Shown here: positions 19,354-29,720 of the stretch, in pieces | Numbering within the stretch: the stretch's first letter is position 1 | How the letters are laid out: each line of letters begins with the position of its first letter | Assembly (NCBI RefSeq): GCF_900101295.1 | Contig: NZ_FOIL01000015.1 | Location: 1-59,405, forward strand | Source: [Clostridium] aminophilum | GTDB taxonomy: Bacteria; Bacillota; Clostridia; Lachnospirales; Lachnospiraceae | Length of the DNA: 59,405 nt | Direction of reading: 5' to 3' | The notes under the pieces: model-generated | Databases searched by the model: none | What the model was told of the DNA's origin: nothing | Seen by the model: only the letters and a program-made list of their open reading frames with translations | Program-made: the position numbers and the translations under genes

Positions 19354-20745
19354 ATGACAGACAAAGGACGGGATATGGAAATGGACATACACCAATATTG
19401 GCCGGCGGGGATTCTGACGATTCTTGCGGTGAGCGTTATTCTTGCCGTATTCTACGGCTTCGGATCGGCAATCCAGAATCTGAATCAGACGGAACTGGAA
19501 GACCAGAGCGAGGACGGGGATCCGGACGCGAAAGCACTCATGGAACTCATCGATGAGCCGAAAGGTTTCATTTCCTCCCTGCATCTGATTGAACAGGTAC
19601 TTTGCATGACGGAGGGCGTGACCGGCTATCTGCTGCTTCGGGACCTTCCCTGGGCGGCGATTCCGGCGGCGATCCTCGGTACAGCGCTGTTCACGGTGGT
19701 GTTCGGCATTGTCATTCCGCGGAAAAGGGGAGCGGATTATCCGGAGATCTGGGCGAAACGCCTTCTGCATCCCGTTTCCGCGGTGATTGCGATTCTCTCG
19801 CCGTTCCGCGCGGTGATTCGTTGGCTGTCCTATCCGCTGCTTCGTCTGATCGGCACGGATCCGGCGGTGGACCATGAGCAGGTAACCCGTGACGATCTGA
19901 AATATCTGGTGACAGAGGGACATGAAAACGGTGTTCTCAAGGCGCAGGAAGCCGAGATGGTGAACAATGTGTTCGAACTCGGCAAGAAATCCGCCGGAGA
20001 TATCATGACGCACCGGTCCGGCATCGTCGCGCTGGACGGGGAAATGATTCTTCACGACGCCGTGGATTTTATCCTGAATGAGGCGGCAAACTCCCGCTTC
20101 CCGGTGTATCTGGATACCATCGACCGCATCATCGGCGTGATCCATATCCGCGATGTGCTGCAGTTTTCGGAGGAGAATAAAAACCGGCAGAGGAAGCTGA
20201 AGGAACTCAAGGGACTGATCCGGGAACCCTATTTTATTCCCGAGATTGCCAGCATTGACCAGCTGTTCCATCAGATGCAGACCAAGAAGGTGCACATGGC
20301 GGTTGTGATCGATGAGTACGGACAGACGGCCGGCCTGATCACGATGGAAGATATCCTCGAAGAGATCGTCGGCAACATCGAAGATGAGTACGATGAGGAT
20401 GAGGAGAGAATTACCCGGAGAGGAGACGGAAGCTTTCTTCTCGCCGGCGATACGCCGTTGGAGGATGTGGCCCGTGCGCTGGACATTGAGTTTGACGAGA
20501 AAACACTGGAGTCTTTCGAGACGATCAGCGGTTACCTGATCGGTCAGCTTGGACGCATCCCGGAGGAACATGAAAAGCCCATCATCCGCTCCTGCGGATG
20601 GACCTTCCGTGTCCGCGATGTGCGCCGCAGAACGCTTCATCTGATTTACGCCCTGAAGCCGGGGGCAAATGCGGCCGCAGGCGGTGCGCAGGCGGCGGAG
20701 GCGGCCGCGGATCGGATCCCGGAAAACGCGCAGGCCGGGGAGTGA
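19354..20745 (+). CDS. CNNM/CorC/TlyC-family transporter (DUF21 membrane domain + CBS pair + CorC_HlyC domain)
   Basis: N-terminal 4-TM DUF21, a CBS pair (HIRDVL, MAVVIDEYGQTAGLITMEDILEEIVG) and a C-terminal transporter-associated domain. Confidence 0.85.
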   Translation: MTDKGRDMEMDIHQYWPAGILTILAVSVILAVFYGFGSAIQNLNQTELEDQSEDGDPDAKALMELIDEPKGFISSLHLIEQVLCMTEGVTGYLLLRDLPWAAIPAAILGTALFTVVFGIVIPRKRGADYPEIWAKRLLHPVSAVIAILSPFRAVIRWLSYPLLRLIGTDPAVDHEQVTRDDLKYLVTEGHENGVLKAQEAEMVNNVFELGKKSAGDIMTHRSGIVALDGEMILHDAVDFILNEAANSRFPVYLDTIDRIIGVIHIRDVLQFSEENKNRQRKLKELKGLIREPYFIPEIASIDQLFHQMQTKKVHMAVVIDEYGQTAGLITMEDILEEIVGNIEDEYDEDEERITRRGDGSFLLAGDTPLEDVARALDIEFDEKTLESFETISGYLIGQLGRIPEEHEKPIIRSCGWTFRVRDVRRRTLHLIYALKPGANAAAGGAQAAEAAADRIPENAQAGE

Positions 20746-20943
20746 CGGAAAATCCTTCGGGGAGAGCAGCGGCGATGCGGCCGGACCATCGGATCACGAT
20801 TCGGATGATTGGGCAGACTGCTGAAAAACAGTCGGCAAAGACCGTTAAAATAACCGCTTGTCAGGACCGGAACCGAGTGTTAGAATAATTGATTGTTAAG
20901 TTTCCTAACATGGAACAAAGAAAAAATACAGAGGAGTGCTGTT

Positions 20944-21684
20944 ATGTCAGGACATTCAAAATTTGCGAATATCAAACACAAAAAAGAGAAAAACGATGCG
21001 GCTAAGGGAAAAATCTTCACTGTCATCGGACGTGAGATCGCCGTTGCAGTAAAAGAAGGCGGAGCAGACCCGGCAAACAACAGCAAGCTCCGTGATGTCA
21101 TCGCGAAGGCAAAGGCGGCAAACATGCCGAACGACACCATTGACCGCGGTATCAAGAAAGCGGCCGGTGATGCGGCATCCGTAAACTACGAGAACCTGGT
21201 ATATGAGGGTTACGGTCCGGCAGGCGTTGCGATCATCGTTGAGACTCTGACCGACAACAAGAACCGTACCGCGGCAAACGTTCGCGCGGCATTCTCCAAG
21301 GGCGACGGCAATGTCGGCGCACAGGGAAGCGTTTCTTTCATGTTTGACCGCAAGGGTCAGATCATCATCGACAAGGAAGAGTGCGAGATGGATGCGGACG
21401 AGCTCATGATGCTCGCGCTCGACGCAGGTGCAGAGGACTTCACCGAGAATGAGGATGATTTCGAAGTGATCACCGATCCGGAGAATTTCTCCGAGGTTCG
21501 CGAGGCACTTGAGAAGGAAGGCATCGCGATGGTGGAAGCAGACATCACCATGATTCCGCAGACCTGGGTCAATGTCTCCGACGAGGATGCAAAGAAGAAA
21601 CTCAATCGTATTCTGGATCTTCTGGATGAGGACGACGACGTTCAGGCCGTTCACAACAACTGGGAGAACGCAGACGAGGATTGA
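20944..21684 (+). CDS. yebC: YebC/PmpR-family transcriptional regulator
   Basis: MSGHSKFANIKHKK at the N-terminus and full-length YebC/TACO1 architecture. The track ORF is extended upstream to 20893. Confidence 0.88.
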   Translation: MSGHSKFANIKHKKEKNDAAKGKIFTVIGREIAVAVKEGGADPANNSKLRDVIAKAKAANMPNDTIDRGIKKAAGDAASVNYENLVYEGYGPAGVAIIVETLTDNKNRTAANVRAAFSKGDGNVGAQGSVSFMFDRKGQIIIDKEECEMDADELMMLALDAGAEDFTENEDDFEVITDPENFSEVREALEKEGIAMVEADITMIPQTWVNVSDEDAKKKLNRILDLLDEDDDVQAVHNNWENADED

Positions 21685-21714
21685 TTTTTTTCCGGAGGCG
21701 GTATATAATACCGA

Positions 21715-21989
21715 ATGCCTGAAGGAAATGCGGAAAACGCATTTCAATATATCACTGAAATTGCAGATGAGGATTAGTGTTCATACGAACGGCAAAGAGA
21801 GGAGCGCCCGGATTCCGGTGCTGAAAGCGCTCTGCCGGGACAGGTTCACGGCCACCTCGGAGAGACTCCAATAAAGTCCGGTGATTCCGTTATCATCACA
21901 ATGAGAGACCGCATTTTTGCGGTAATCAGGGTGGAACCGCGTATCTTACGTCCCTGGTCCGATCGGGAGATCGGATCGGGGATTTTTTT
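21715..21989 (+). promoter_or_regulatory. T-box riboswitch leader of thrS (Thr specifier candidate ACC) with its terminator
   Basis: The conserved T-box sequence AATCAGGGTGGAACCGCG lies at 21924-21941. A 13-bp terminator stem ccctggtccgatc-ggga-gatcggatcgggg (21952-21981) is followed by ATTTTTTT. An upstream stem-I-like region contains ggccACCtcgg. Confidence 0.75.
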
Positions 21990-22200
21990 GTTTCATAGGA
22001 AATTTCTCCGAAATTCCCTATGAAACAAAACGCTCCGCGAGGATGCGCACGCCGCTGCAAGGAAGCTGTCACCTAACGGTGACCAGCGGCGGCGCGCAAA
22101 GTCCGCGGGGCTCCCCTCAGGACTGAGGGGATGGGGGAGCCGAAGTCCGCGGGGCTCCCCCGGGAATACAAAGATGGATGAATCGAAGTCCGCCTGCGGA
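21990..22200. repeat. Structured palindromic repeat element (MITE/REP-like) inserted between the thrS T-box terminator and the thrS start codon
   Basis: A 37-bp palindrome gtttcataggaaatttctccgaaattccctatgaaac + cgctccgcg, then gtcacctaacggtgac, and two copies of aagtccgcggggctcccc flanking cctcaggactgagggg. The core recurs at 45898-45955. Confidence 0.7.
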
Positions 22201-22235
22201 CATCGATTTTATAATTTTTAAAAAGGAGAAAAGCC

Positions 22236-24122
22236 ATGATTAAAGAAGAGTTTATGGACCGCTATCGTCACTCCCTGAGCCACATTCTGGCAAAGGCGAT
22301 GATCGAGATTTTCGGCAAGGAAGTTCAGTATGCCATCGGACCGCAGATTGACGATGGTTTCTACTATGATTTTGTTCTTCCGAGAACCGTTTCCACGGAT
22401 GATTTCGCGCAGATCGAGCAGAAGATGCACGAGATCATCAAGAGAAAAGAGGACTGGGTAAGAAAAGAGGTTTCCAGAGCCGAGGCACTGGAGATCTTCA
22501 AGGATCAGAAGTTCAAGACTGAGCTGATCCAGGACCTTCCGGAAGACGAGATGATCACCGTCTACAATACCGGTGACGACTACATTGACCTGTGCAGAGG
22601 CCCGCACGTTGACAATTCCGCGGATCTCTCCAGCGCTGCATTCAAGGTAAAATCCGTATCCTCCGCATACTGGAGAGGCGATGAGAAGAGAGGCATCGTT
22701 CTTCAGCGTGTCTATGTATACGCATTCCCGACCAAAGAGGAACTCAAGGCTCACCTCGATATGATCAAGGAAGCGCTTGAGCGCGATCACAAGAAGATCG
22801 GCGCGGCTCTCGATCTCTTCATGTTCGACGAGACTGCTCCGGGTATGCCGTACTGGCTGCCGCGCGGCTGGAAAATGTATCAGGCGCTGCTGAAATACTC
22901 CCGTGAGATTCAGGAGAGACACGGTTACACCGAGATCTCCGCTCCGCTCATCAACAACAAGAAACTCTGGCTCATTTCCGGCCACTGGGCTCACTACATC
23001 AACAACATGTTCATGGTACCGGGCGTTTCCGGTTATCTGAGAGCCGACGCGGATATGGCGGAGATCGCTGAGAGCGCAACCGATGAGAATGCACCGACCA
23101 AGACCGTTAAGATGAGAGCAGGTTCCGCCATCTACAACCGTGACGAGATCGACACCATGGCGGCGAAGCCGATGAACTGTCCGAATGCGATGATGACCTT
23201 CAAGAGAACCACCCATTCCTACAAGGAGCTTCCGATCCGCTACAGCGAGTATGATGTGCTTCACCGCAAGGAGAAGTCCGGTCAGATGAACGGTCTCTTC
23301 CGCGTACAGGAGTTCCGTCAGGATGATGATCACACCTTTGTCATGGATTCCCAGATCAAGGATGAGATCGCAGACATCATTTCCATCGCAGATGAGATCT
23401 ACTCCACCTTCGGTGTAACCTACCGCGCCGAGCTTTCCACCCGTCCGGATGATTTCATGGGTGACATCGAAGTTTGGAACAAGGCAGAGGCTGACCTGAA
23501 GTCCATTCTCGACGAGAAGTATGGCGAGGGCGGCTATGAGATCAATGAGGGCGACGGTGCGTTCTACGGCCCGAAGATCGACCTTCAGATCAAGGATGCA
23601 CTTGGAAGAGAGTGGCAGTGCGGTACCGTTCAGCTCGACTTCCAGCTTCCGCACAACTTCGGTCTGACTTACATCAACGAGAAGGGTGAGCAGGAGATGC
23701 CGGTTGTTCTTCACCGCGCAATCTACGGTTCGCTGGAGCGTTTCCTCGGAATCGTCATCGAGAACTTCAAGGGCATGTTCCCGTTCTGGCTGAACCCGTA
23801 TCAGGTTGCCGTTGTTCCGATCCGTGAGGAGCACAACGAGTACGCCAAGAAGGTTGTGAAGGCTCTGGAAGATGCCGGTATCCGCGTGGAGGCGGACTAT
23901 TCCGACAACAACATGAAGACCAAGATCAAGGGCTTCAAGAACTACAAGGATCCGTACATCCTCGTTCTCGGTGACAAGGAGGCGGAAGAGAATACCGTTT
24001 CCATCAACATCCGCGGAAACAACAAGCAGGTTCATGATGTTCCGCTGACGACCTTTGTGGAAGTCTGCAAGAGACTGAACAGAGAGCATACTCTGGAACT
24101 TGCTCAGGAATTTGAGGCGTAA
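22236..24122 (+). CDS. thrS: Threonine--tRNA ligase
   Basis: 628 aa. N2 editing-domain HxxxH (RHSLSHIL), class II aaRS catalytic core and a C-terminal anticodon-binding domain. Confidence 0.93.
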   Translation: MIKEEFMDRYRHSLSHILAKAMIEIFGKEVQYAIGPQIDDGFYYDFVLPRTVSTDDFAQIEQKMHEIIKRKEDWVRKEVSRAEALEIFKDQKFKTELIQDLPEDEMITVYNTGDDYIDLCRGPHVDNSADLSSAAFKVKSVSSAYWRGDEKRGIVLQRVYVYAFPTKEELKAHLDMIKEALERDHKKIGAALDLFMFDETAPGMPYWLPRGWKMYQALLKYSREIQERHGYTEISAPLINNKKLWLISGHWAHYINNMFMVPGVSGYLRADADMAEIAESATDENAPTKTVKMRAGSAIYNRDEIDTMAAKPMNCPNAMMTFKRTTHSYKELPIRYSEYDVLHRKEKSGQMNGLFRVQEFRQDDDHTFVMDSQIKDEIADIISIADEIYSTFGVTYRAELSTRPDDFMGDIEVWNKAEADLKSILDEKYGEGGYEINEGDGAFYGPKIDLQIKDALGREWQCGTVQLDFQLPHNFGLTYINEKGEQEMPVVLHRAIYGSLERFLGIVIENFKGMFPFWLNPYQVAVVPIREEHNEYAKKVVKALEDAGIRVEADYSDNNMKTKIKGFKNYKDPYILVLGDKEAEENTVSINIRGNNKQVHDVPLTTFVEVCKRLNREHTLELAQEFEA

Positions 24123-24312
24123 ACATTGCGACGTTTCGCTCCGATGTGATGCGAGGAGCGGGAAAAGAAATATGCGCGTCGAAGCTGGTCACCGCAAGGT
24201 GATTCGCGTCGACACGCATCCCTGGGGAGTGTCTTTTGTTTCATTCGGAAACGCGGATTACTTCCTGGAAAAAAGAGCGCATAAGAAAAAGAGCGCAAAG
24301 AAAAGGAAAGCT

Positions 24313-24356
24313 AAAAAAAGAGAACTTCCGGCCGTGGCCGGAAGTTCTCTTTTTTG
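24313..24356. terminator. Bidirectional intrinsic terminator between thrS and pncB
   Basis: AAAAAAAG-agaacttccggcc-gtg-gccggaagttct-CTTTTTTGG: a perfect 13-bp stem flanked by an A-run and a T-run. Confidence 0.85.
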
Positions 24357-24369
24357 GATTCTTCTCGTT

Positions 24370-25827
24370 TTATTCTTTGTGGAACTCGGCGAGCAGATCG
24401 CGCTTGCACTCCCACAGTTTTTTGGAGAGGTCAACGTGAACTTCCTGCGGATTGACCAGTCGGCGGGACTCATCCCAGAGAGTTTCCTGTTCACGCTTGC
24501 AGTATTCACGGATGTCCATGACTTTCGGACTCTCATAGATGCACTCGCCGTTTTTAAATACCGGAACCAGCATTTCACGTGTGGTGTAGGTGCCCGGTGC
24601 AAGTCTGGTCTTTTTCCAGGTCTCCTGCGGATCGAAGAGCGTCAGCGGTTCGGTATCCGGGAAGGTCTCATCGGCAAAGCAGATGAGGTCCGCCACGATC
24701 TTTCCGGTGAATTTGTCATAGATTCGCTGAACGGTCTTGTTGCCCGGGTTGGTCACCTTCTCGGTGTTCTCGGACAGCTTGATCTTCGGCATCCACTCGC
24801 CGGTCTCGTCATCGCGGACGCCGGCCAGTTTGTATACGCCGCCGAAGGACGGGCAGTCCTTGGAGGTGATCAGGTTGGTTCCGACACCCCAGGAGGTGAT
24901 CGCCGCACCCTGCATCTTCAGCGAGTTGATCAGATACTCATCGAGGTCGTTGGAAGCGGAGATGATTGCATCCGGAAAACCTGCCGCATCCAGCATTTTT
25001 CTTGCCTTTTTGGAGAGGTAGGCAAGGTCGCCGGAGTCGAGACGGATGCCGTAGCCCTTTAACGGAATGCCCTGCTCGCGCATCTCGCGGAATACCTGAA
25101 TCGCGTTCGGAACGCCGGATTCGAGGGTGTCGTAAGTGTCGACCAGCAGAATACAGGCATTGGGATACATTTTCGCATAGTTGCGGAACGCGGTCAGTTC
25201 ATCCGGGAAACTCATGATCCAACTGTGCGCATGGGTTCCCTTGACCGGAACGTCAAAGAGCTGTCCGGTCAGAACATTCGATGTTCCGACACAGCCGCCG
25301 ATCATGGCCGCTCTTGCGCCGTATGTGCCGGCGTCCGGTCCCTGGGCTCTGCGGAGTCCGAATTCCATGATGCCGTCCCCCTGGGCAGCATGGACGATGC
25401 GGGCGGTTTTGGTCGCGATCAGAGACTGGTGGTTGATAATATTTAAGATGGCAGTCTCCATCAGCTGCGCCTGCATGATCGGGGCAATGACTTTTACCAG
25501 CGGTTCACGCGGAAATACAACGGATCCTTCCGGGATCGCGTAGATGTCGCCGGTAAAGCGGAAATCGCGAAGACTGTCGACAAATGCATCGTTGAAAATG
25601 TGTGTGCTCCGGAGGTACTCGATGTCCTCCTCATTGAATGTCAGGCCTTTGACATACTCAATGACCTGATCCAGTCCCGCAGCAATGGCAAATCCGTTGC
25701 CGTGCGGATTGACGCGATAAAAGGCGTCAAACACAACGGTGCGGTTTGCGTCTTTGATCTCGTGGTAACCCTGCATCATCGTCAGCTCATAGAGATCGGT
25801 GAGCAGAGTAAAGTGCCGTTTATCCAT
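24370..25827 (-). CDS. pncB: Nicotinate phosphoribosyltransferase
   Basis: Full-length NAPRTase architecture (MDKRHFTLLTDLYELTMMQGY...). An SD GAAGGAGAA lies 8 nt upstream of the ATG at 25827. The track ORF is extended to 25854. Confidence 0.9.
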   Translation of the reverse strand: MDKRHFTLLTDLYELTMMQGYHEIKDANRTVVFDAFYRVNPHGNGFAIAAGLDQVIEYVKGLTFNEEDIEYLRSTHIFNDAFVDSLRDFRFTGDIYAIPEGSVVFPREPLVKVIAPIMQAQLMETAILNIINHQSLIATKTARIVHAAQGDGIMEFGLRRAQGPDAGTYGARAAMIGGCVGTSNVLTGQLFDVPVKGTHAHSWIMSFPDELTAFRNYAKMYPNACILLVDTYDTLESGVPNAIQVFREMREQGIPLKGYGIRLDSGDLAYLSKKARKMLDAAGFPDAIISASNDLDEYLINSLKMQGAAITSWGVGTNLITSKDCPSFGGVYKLAGVRDDETGEWMPKIKLSENTEKVTNPGNKTVQRIYDKFTGKIVADLICFADETFPDTEPLTLFDPQETWKKTRLAPGTYTTREMLVPVFKNGECIYESPKVMDIREYCKREQETLWDESRRLVNPQEVHVDLSKKLWECKRDLLAEFHKE

Positions 25828-26009
25828 AACAGCTGTTCTCCTTCTACTTATCACTTCCTTGAAGTTTTAGCATTTTCTCACAGAAAGTGCTTGTGTCAGT
25901 ATAACAAAATGCGGCAAAAAACACAATTGCCTGTTAAATAAATATCAAACAAGAAGTTCCAATTGTCTTGACAATTCAGAGAGCGGTTTATAAAATAAGA
26001 GAGAAAGAC

Positions 26010-26285
26010 TGTGAAGGAGACAGTAGCACCGGCGGAACGCAAGAGAGAGACGGGGATGGTGGAAACCTGCCGCAAGTAAGCCGGATCGCGAAGATCACTC
26101 CGGAGTTGCCTGCTGAAATCACGCATGTTTCATTTTTCAGATGATTCGGAAAGATTCCGAAACTGTGTGACGCGTAAGCCTGGACGGTTACCCCCGTTAA
26201 ACGGTGCGCATATGTTTGTATGCAGTAATAGGTGGTATAGCAAGAACTCTTGTCCTGTTACGGATGAGAGTTTTTTTTATATTAT
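26010..26285 (+). promoter_or_regulatory. Probable T-box leader of ileS (Ile specifier candidate AUC) with its terminator
   Basis: The roughly 400-nt 5' UTR has a degenerate T-box-like AATAGGTGGTATAGCAAG (26228-26245). A hairpin ctcttgtcc...ggatgagag + T8 (26247-26280) follows. gaagATCactccgg lies in the upstream stem region. A candidate promoter TTGACA...TATAAA sits at 25968-25996. Confidence 0.4.
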
Positions 26286-26383
26286 GGATGTGAGAGTGAG
26301 AAAAACCATTCCATTCGGTTCCATAACATAAAAGATCCTTTCCATCGATGACTGGGTACATGATCAATTTTTAGGAGGACACT

Positions 26384-29300
26384 ATGTACAGCAAAGTCTC
26401 TGCGAACAGAAATTTCGTCGAGGAAGAGAAAAAGGTTCTCGAGTACTGGCAGGAGAATCATGTTTTCGAGAAGAGCATTGAAGAGCGGGAAGGAAATCCG
26501 ACCTACATGTTCTACGACGGACCGCCGACCGCAAACGGCAAACCGCATATCGGTCACGTTCTGACCCGCGTAATCAAGGATATGATTCCGAGATACCGCA
26601 CCATGAAGGGATATATGGTTCCGAGAAAGGCCGGCTGGGACACACACGGACTTCCGGTTGAGCTGGAAGTCGAGAAAGAGATCGGCATCGAGGGAAAAGA
26701 CGAGATCGAGAAGTACGGAATTGAGCCGTTCATCAAAAAGTGCAAGGATTCCGTATGGAAGTACAAGGGGATGTGGGAGCAGTTCTCCGGAACCGTTGGT
26801 TTCTGGGCGGACATGGACAACCCGTATGTAACCTATTATGATGATTTCATCGAGTCCGAGTGGTGGGCACTCAAGACGATCTGGGACAAGGGCCTTCTCT
26901 ACAAGGGATTCAAGGTTGTTCCGTACTGCCCGAGCTGCGGAACCCCGCTTTCCTCCCATGAGGTGGCACAGGGATATAAGACATTAAAAGAAAAATCCGC
27001 CATCGTCCGCTTTAAGGTGTCCGGCGAAGACGCTTACTTCCTTGCGTGGACGACCACACCGTGGACTCTTCCGTCCAACATCGCGCTCTGCGTAAACCCG
27101 GAGGAGACCTACGCGAAGGTTAAGGCAGCCGACGGATTTACCTATTATATGGCAAAGGCGCTTCTGGACAAGGTTCTCGGTTCTCTGGCAAAGGAAGAGG
27201 GCGAGAAGGCGTATGAGATCCTGGAAGAGATGAAGGGTATCGAGCTGGAACACAAGGAATACGAGCCGCTCTATCAGTGCGCTGCGGATTCCGTGGAGAA
27301 GCAGCACAAGAAGGCGTTCTTTGTATACTGCGACGATTATGTAACCATGACCGACGGTACCGGTATCGTTCATATCGCACCGGCATTCGGTGAAGACGAT
27401 GCCCGTGTCGGAAGAAAATATGATGCTCCGTTTGTACAGATGGTGGATGACCACGGCTGCATGAGACCGGAGACGGGAAAATTTGCCGGCATGCGCTGCA
27501 AGCCGACCAAGGCAGAGATGGAGAAGGGCGCAGTCAGCGCCGACCCGGCGGTTCTCAAGGATCTCGCGGAGAGAGGAATTCTCTTCGATGCTCCGAAGTT
27601 CGAGCATGATTATCCGCACTGCTGGAGATGTGATACTCCGCTGATCTATTATGCACGCGAATCCTGGTTCATCAAGATGACGGCGGTCAAGGATGACCTG
27701 GTAGCCAACAACAAGAAGATCAACTGGATCCCGAAAACCATGGGAGAGGGAAGATTCGGAAACTGGCTGGAGAACATTCAGGACTGGGGTATCTCGAGAA
27801 ACCGTTACTGGGGTACTCCGCTCAACATCTGGGAATGCCCGGACTGCGGACATCAGCTGTCGGTCGGCTCCAGAAAGGAACTTGCCGAGCTGACCGGAAT
27901 CGCCGATGCGGAGAAGACCGAACTTCACCGTCCGTATGTCGATCAGTATGAGATCAAGTGCCCGGAGTGCGGCAAAATGATGCACCGCGTACCGGAAGTA
28001 ATCGACTGCTGGTTTGACTCCGGCGCGATGCCGTACGCACAGCTTCACTACCCGTTTGAGAACAAGGAACTCTTTGAGAAGCAGTTCCCGGCTGAGTTCA
28101 TTTCCGAGGCGGTGGACCAGACCAGAGGATGGTTCTACTCCCTGCATGCGGAGTCGACCCTTCTCTTCAATAAGCCGGCTTACAAGAACGTTCTGGTACT
28201 CGGACACGTTCTCGACAAGGACGGCAACAAGATGTCCAAGTCCAAGGGAAATGCAGTCGATCCGATGGAGGCGCTGGGCAAATTCGGCGCTGACGCGATC
28301 CGCTGGTACTTCTATACCAACTCCTCTCCGTGGCTGCCGAACCGTTTCCACGACAAGGCGGTTACCGAGGGTCAGAGAAAGTTCCTCGGAACGCTGTGGA
28401 ATACCTATGCATTCTTCGTTCTGTATGCAAATATTGACGGCTTCAGCGCGCAGGATTACAAGCTGGAATACGACAAACTTCCGGTCATGGACCGCTGGCT
28501 CCTCTCCAAGCTGAACTCCATGGTCGGCGCTGTGGACAAGAATCTGGAGCAGTACAGGATTCCGGAGGCAGGAAAGGCACTGGAGGACTTTGTCGATGAC
28601 ATGTCCAACTGGTATGTCAGAAGATGCCGCTCAAGATTCTGGGGCAAGGGCATGGAGCAGGACAAGATCAATGCTTACATGACGCTGTATACCGCGCTTG
28701 TGACCACCGCAAAAGCGGCGGCTCCGATGGTTCCGTTCATGGCAGATGACATTTACCTGAACCTCGTGAAGAATCAGGATCCGACCGCGCCGATCAGCGT
28801 ACATCTGTGCGATTTCCCGGCTGTGGACGAGAAGATGATCGACACGGAGCTCGAAGCACAGATGGATGAGGCTCTGAAGATCGTTGTGCTCGGCCGTGCG
28901 GGCAGAAATGAGTCCAACATGAAGAACCGTCAGCCGCTTGCCGAGATGTATGTCAAGGCGGAGCGTGAGCTTCCGGAGTATTTCTGCGAGATCATCCGTG
29001 AGGAGCTGAATGTCAAGAAGATCGAGTTCCGCGATGATGTGCGCGAGTACACGAATTATACCTTCAAGCCGCAGCTGAAGACGGTTGGCCCGAAGTACGG
29101 AAAACTCCTCGGAAAGATCAAAAAGAGCCTTGAGGAGCTCGACGGAAGTGCGGCGATGGATCAGCTGAACAGCGAAGGAAAGCTGACCTTTGACTATGAC
29201 GGCGAGACGGTGGAGCTGACCAAGGAGGATCTCCTGATCGCAACCGCGCAGGTAGAAGGTTTTGTGACCGAGGCCGACAGCAAGGTTGTCGTCATCCTCT

Positions 29301-29584
29301 CCACGAAACTGACACCGGAGCTGATCGAGGAAGGCTTCATGCGTGAGCTTGTCAGCAAGATTCAGACGATGCGTAAGGAAGCCGGATTTGAGGTGACCGA
29401 TCACATCTGTGTATATCAGGATGCCAATGAGAGGATTGCGCAGATCTTCCAGAAGTATTCTGATGAGATCAAACATGACGTTATGGCGGACCTTATCGTT
29501 CTCGGTGAGATGAAGGGCGTCGCGAAAGAGTGGGATATCAACGGCGAGAAGACCATGCTCGGCGTTGCGAAAGTTAACGGATAA
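26384..29584 (+). CDS. ileS: Isoleucine--tRNA ligase, type 2 (long form without a C-terminal zinc finger)
   Basis: 1066 aa. HIGH-type PHIGH motif, KMSKS, CP1 editing domain. No Cys-rich C-terminus. Confidence 0.93.
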   Translation: MYSKVSANRNFVEEEKKVLEYWQENHVFEKSIEEREGNPTYMFYDGPPTANGKPHIGHVLTRVIKDMIPRYRTMKGYMVPRKAGWDTHGLPVELEVEKEIGIEGKDEIEKYGIEPFIKKCKDSVWKYKGMWEQFSGTVGFWADMDNPYVTYYDDFIESEWWALKTIWDKGLLYKGFKVVPYCPSCGTPLSSHEVAQGYKTLKEKSAIVRFKVSGEDAYFLAWTTTPWTLPSNIALCVNPEETYAKVKAADGFTYYMAKALLDKVLGSLAKEEGEKAYEILEEMKGIELEHKEYEPLYQCAADSVEKQHKKAFFVYCDDYVTMTDGTGIVHIAPAFGEDDARVGRKYDAPFVQMVDDHGCMRPETGKFAGMRCKPTKAEMEKGAVSADPAVLKDLAERGILFDAPKFEHDYPHCWRCDTPLIYYARESWFIKMTAVKDDLVANNKKINWIPKTMGEGRFGNWLENIQDWGISRNRYWGTPLNIWECPDCGHQLSVGSRKELAELTGIADAEKTELHRPYVDQYEIKCPECGKMMHRVPEVIDCWFDSGAMPYAQLHYPFENKELFEKQFPAEFISEAVDQTRGWFYSLHAESTLLFNKPAYKNVLVLGHVLDKDGNKMSKSKGNAVDPMEALGKFGADAIRWYFYTNSSPWLPNRFHDKAVTEGQRKFLGTLWNTYAFFVLYANIDGFSAQDYKLEYDKLPVMDRWLLSKLNSMVGAVDKNLEQYRIPEAGKALEDFVDDMSNWYVRRCRSRFWGKGMEQDKINAYMTLYTALVTTAKAAAPMVPFMADDIYLNLVKNQDPTAPISVHLCDFPAVDEKMIDTELEAQMDEALKIVVLGRAGRNESNMKNRQPLAEMYVKAERELPEYFCEIIREELNVKKIEFRDDVREYTNYTFKPQLKTVGPKYGKLLGKIKKSLEELDGSAAMDQLNSEGKLTFDYDGETVELTKEDLLIATAQVEGFVTEADSKVVVILSTKLTPELIEEGFMRELVSKIQTMRKEAGFEVTDHICVYQDANERIAQIFQKYSDEIKHDVMADLIVLGEMKGVAKEWDINGEKTMLGVAKVNG

Positions 29585-29720
29585 TTCGTATCAGGGGGGC
29601 GTTTTCATGCGCCTCCTTTGGTGCATCGGATCATGAGAACCGGATTTGCCCGGGGAGTAGTTTCGAGTTGCCGGGTAGGGAAGGGGATCAGCCTTATCAG
29701 GAAGGAGACGACGTAGGGTT

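Noticed and set aside
29585-29720. Terminator after ileS
   Set aside because: The candidate hairpin aggggggcg...cgcctcct is imperfect and lacks a clear U-tract. It is not reported as a feature.
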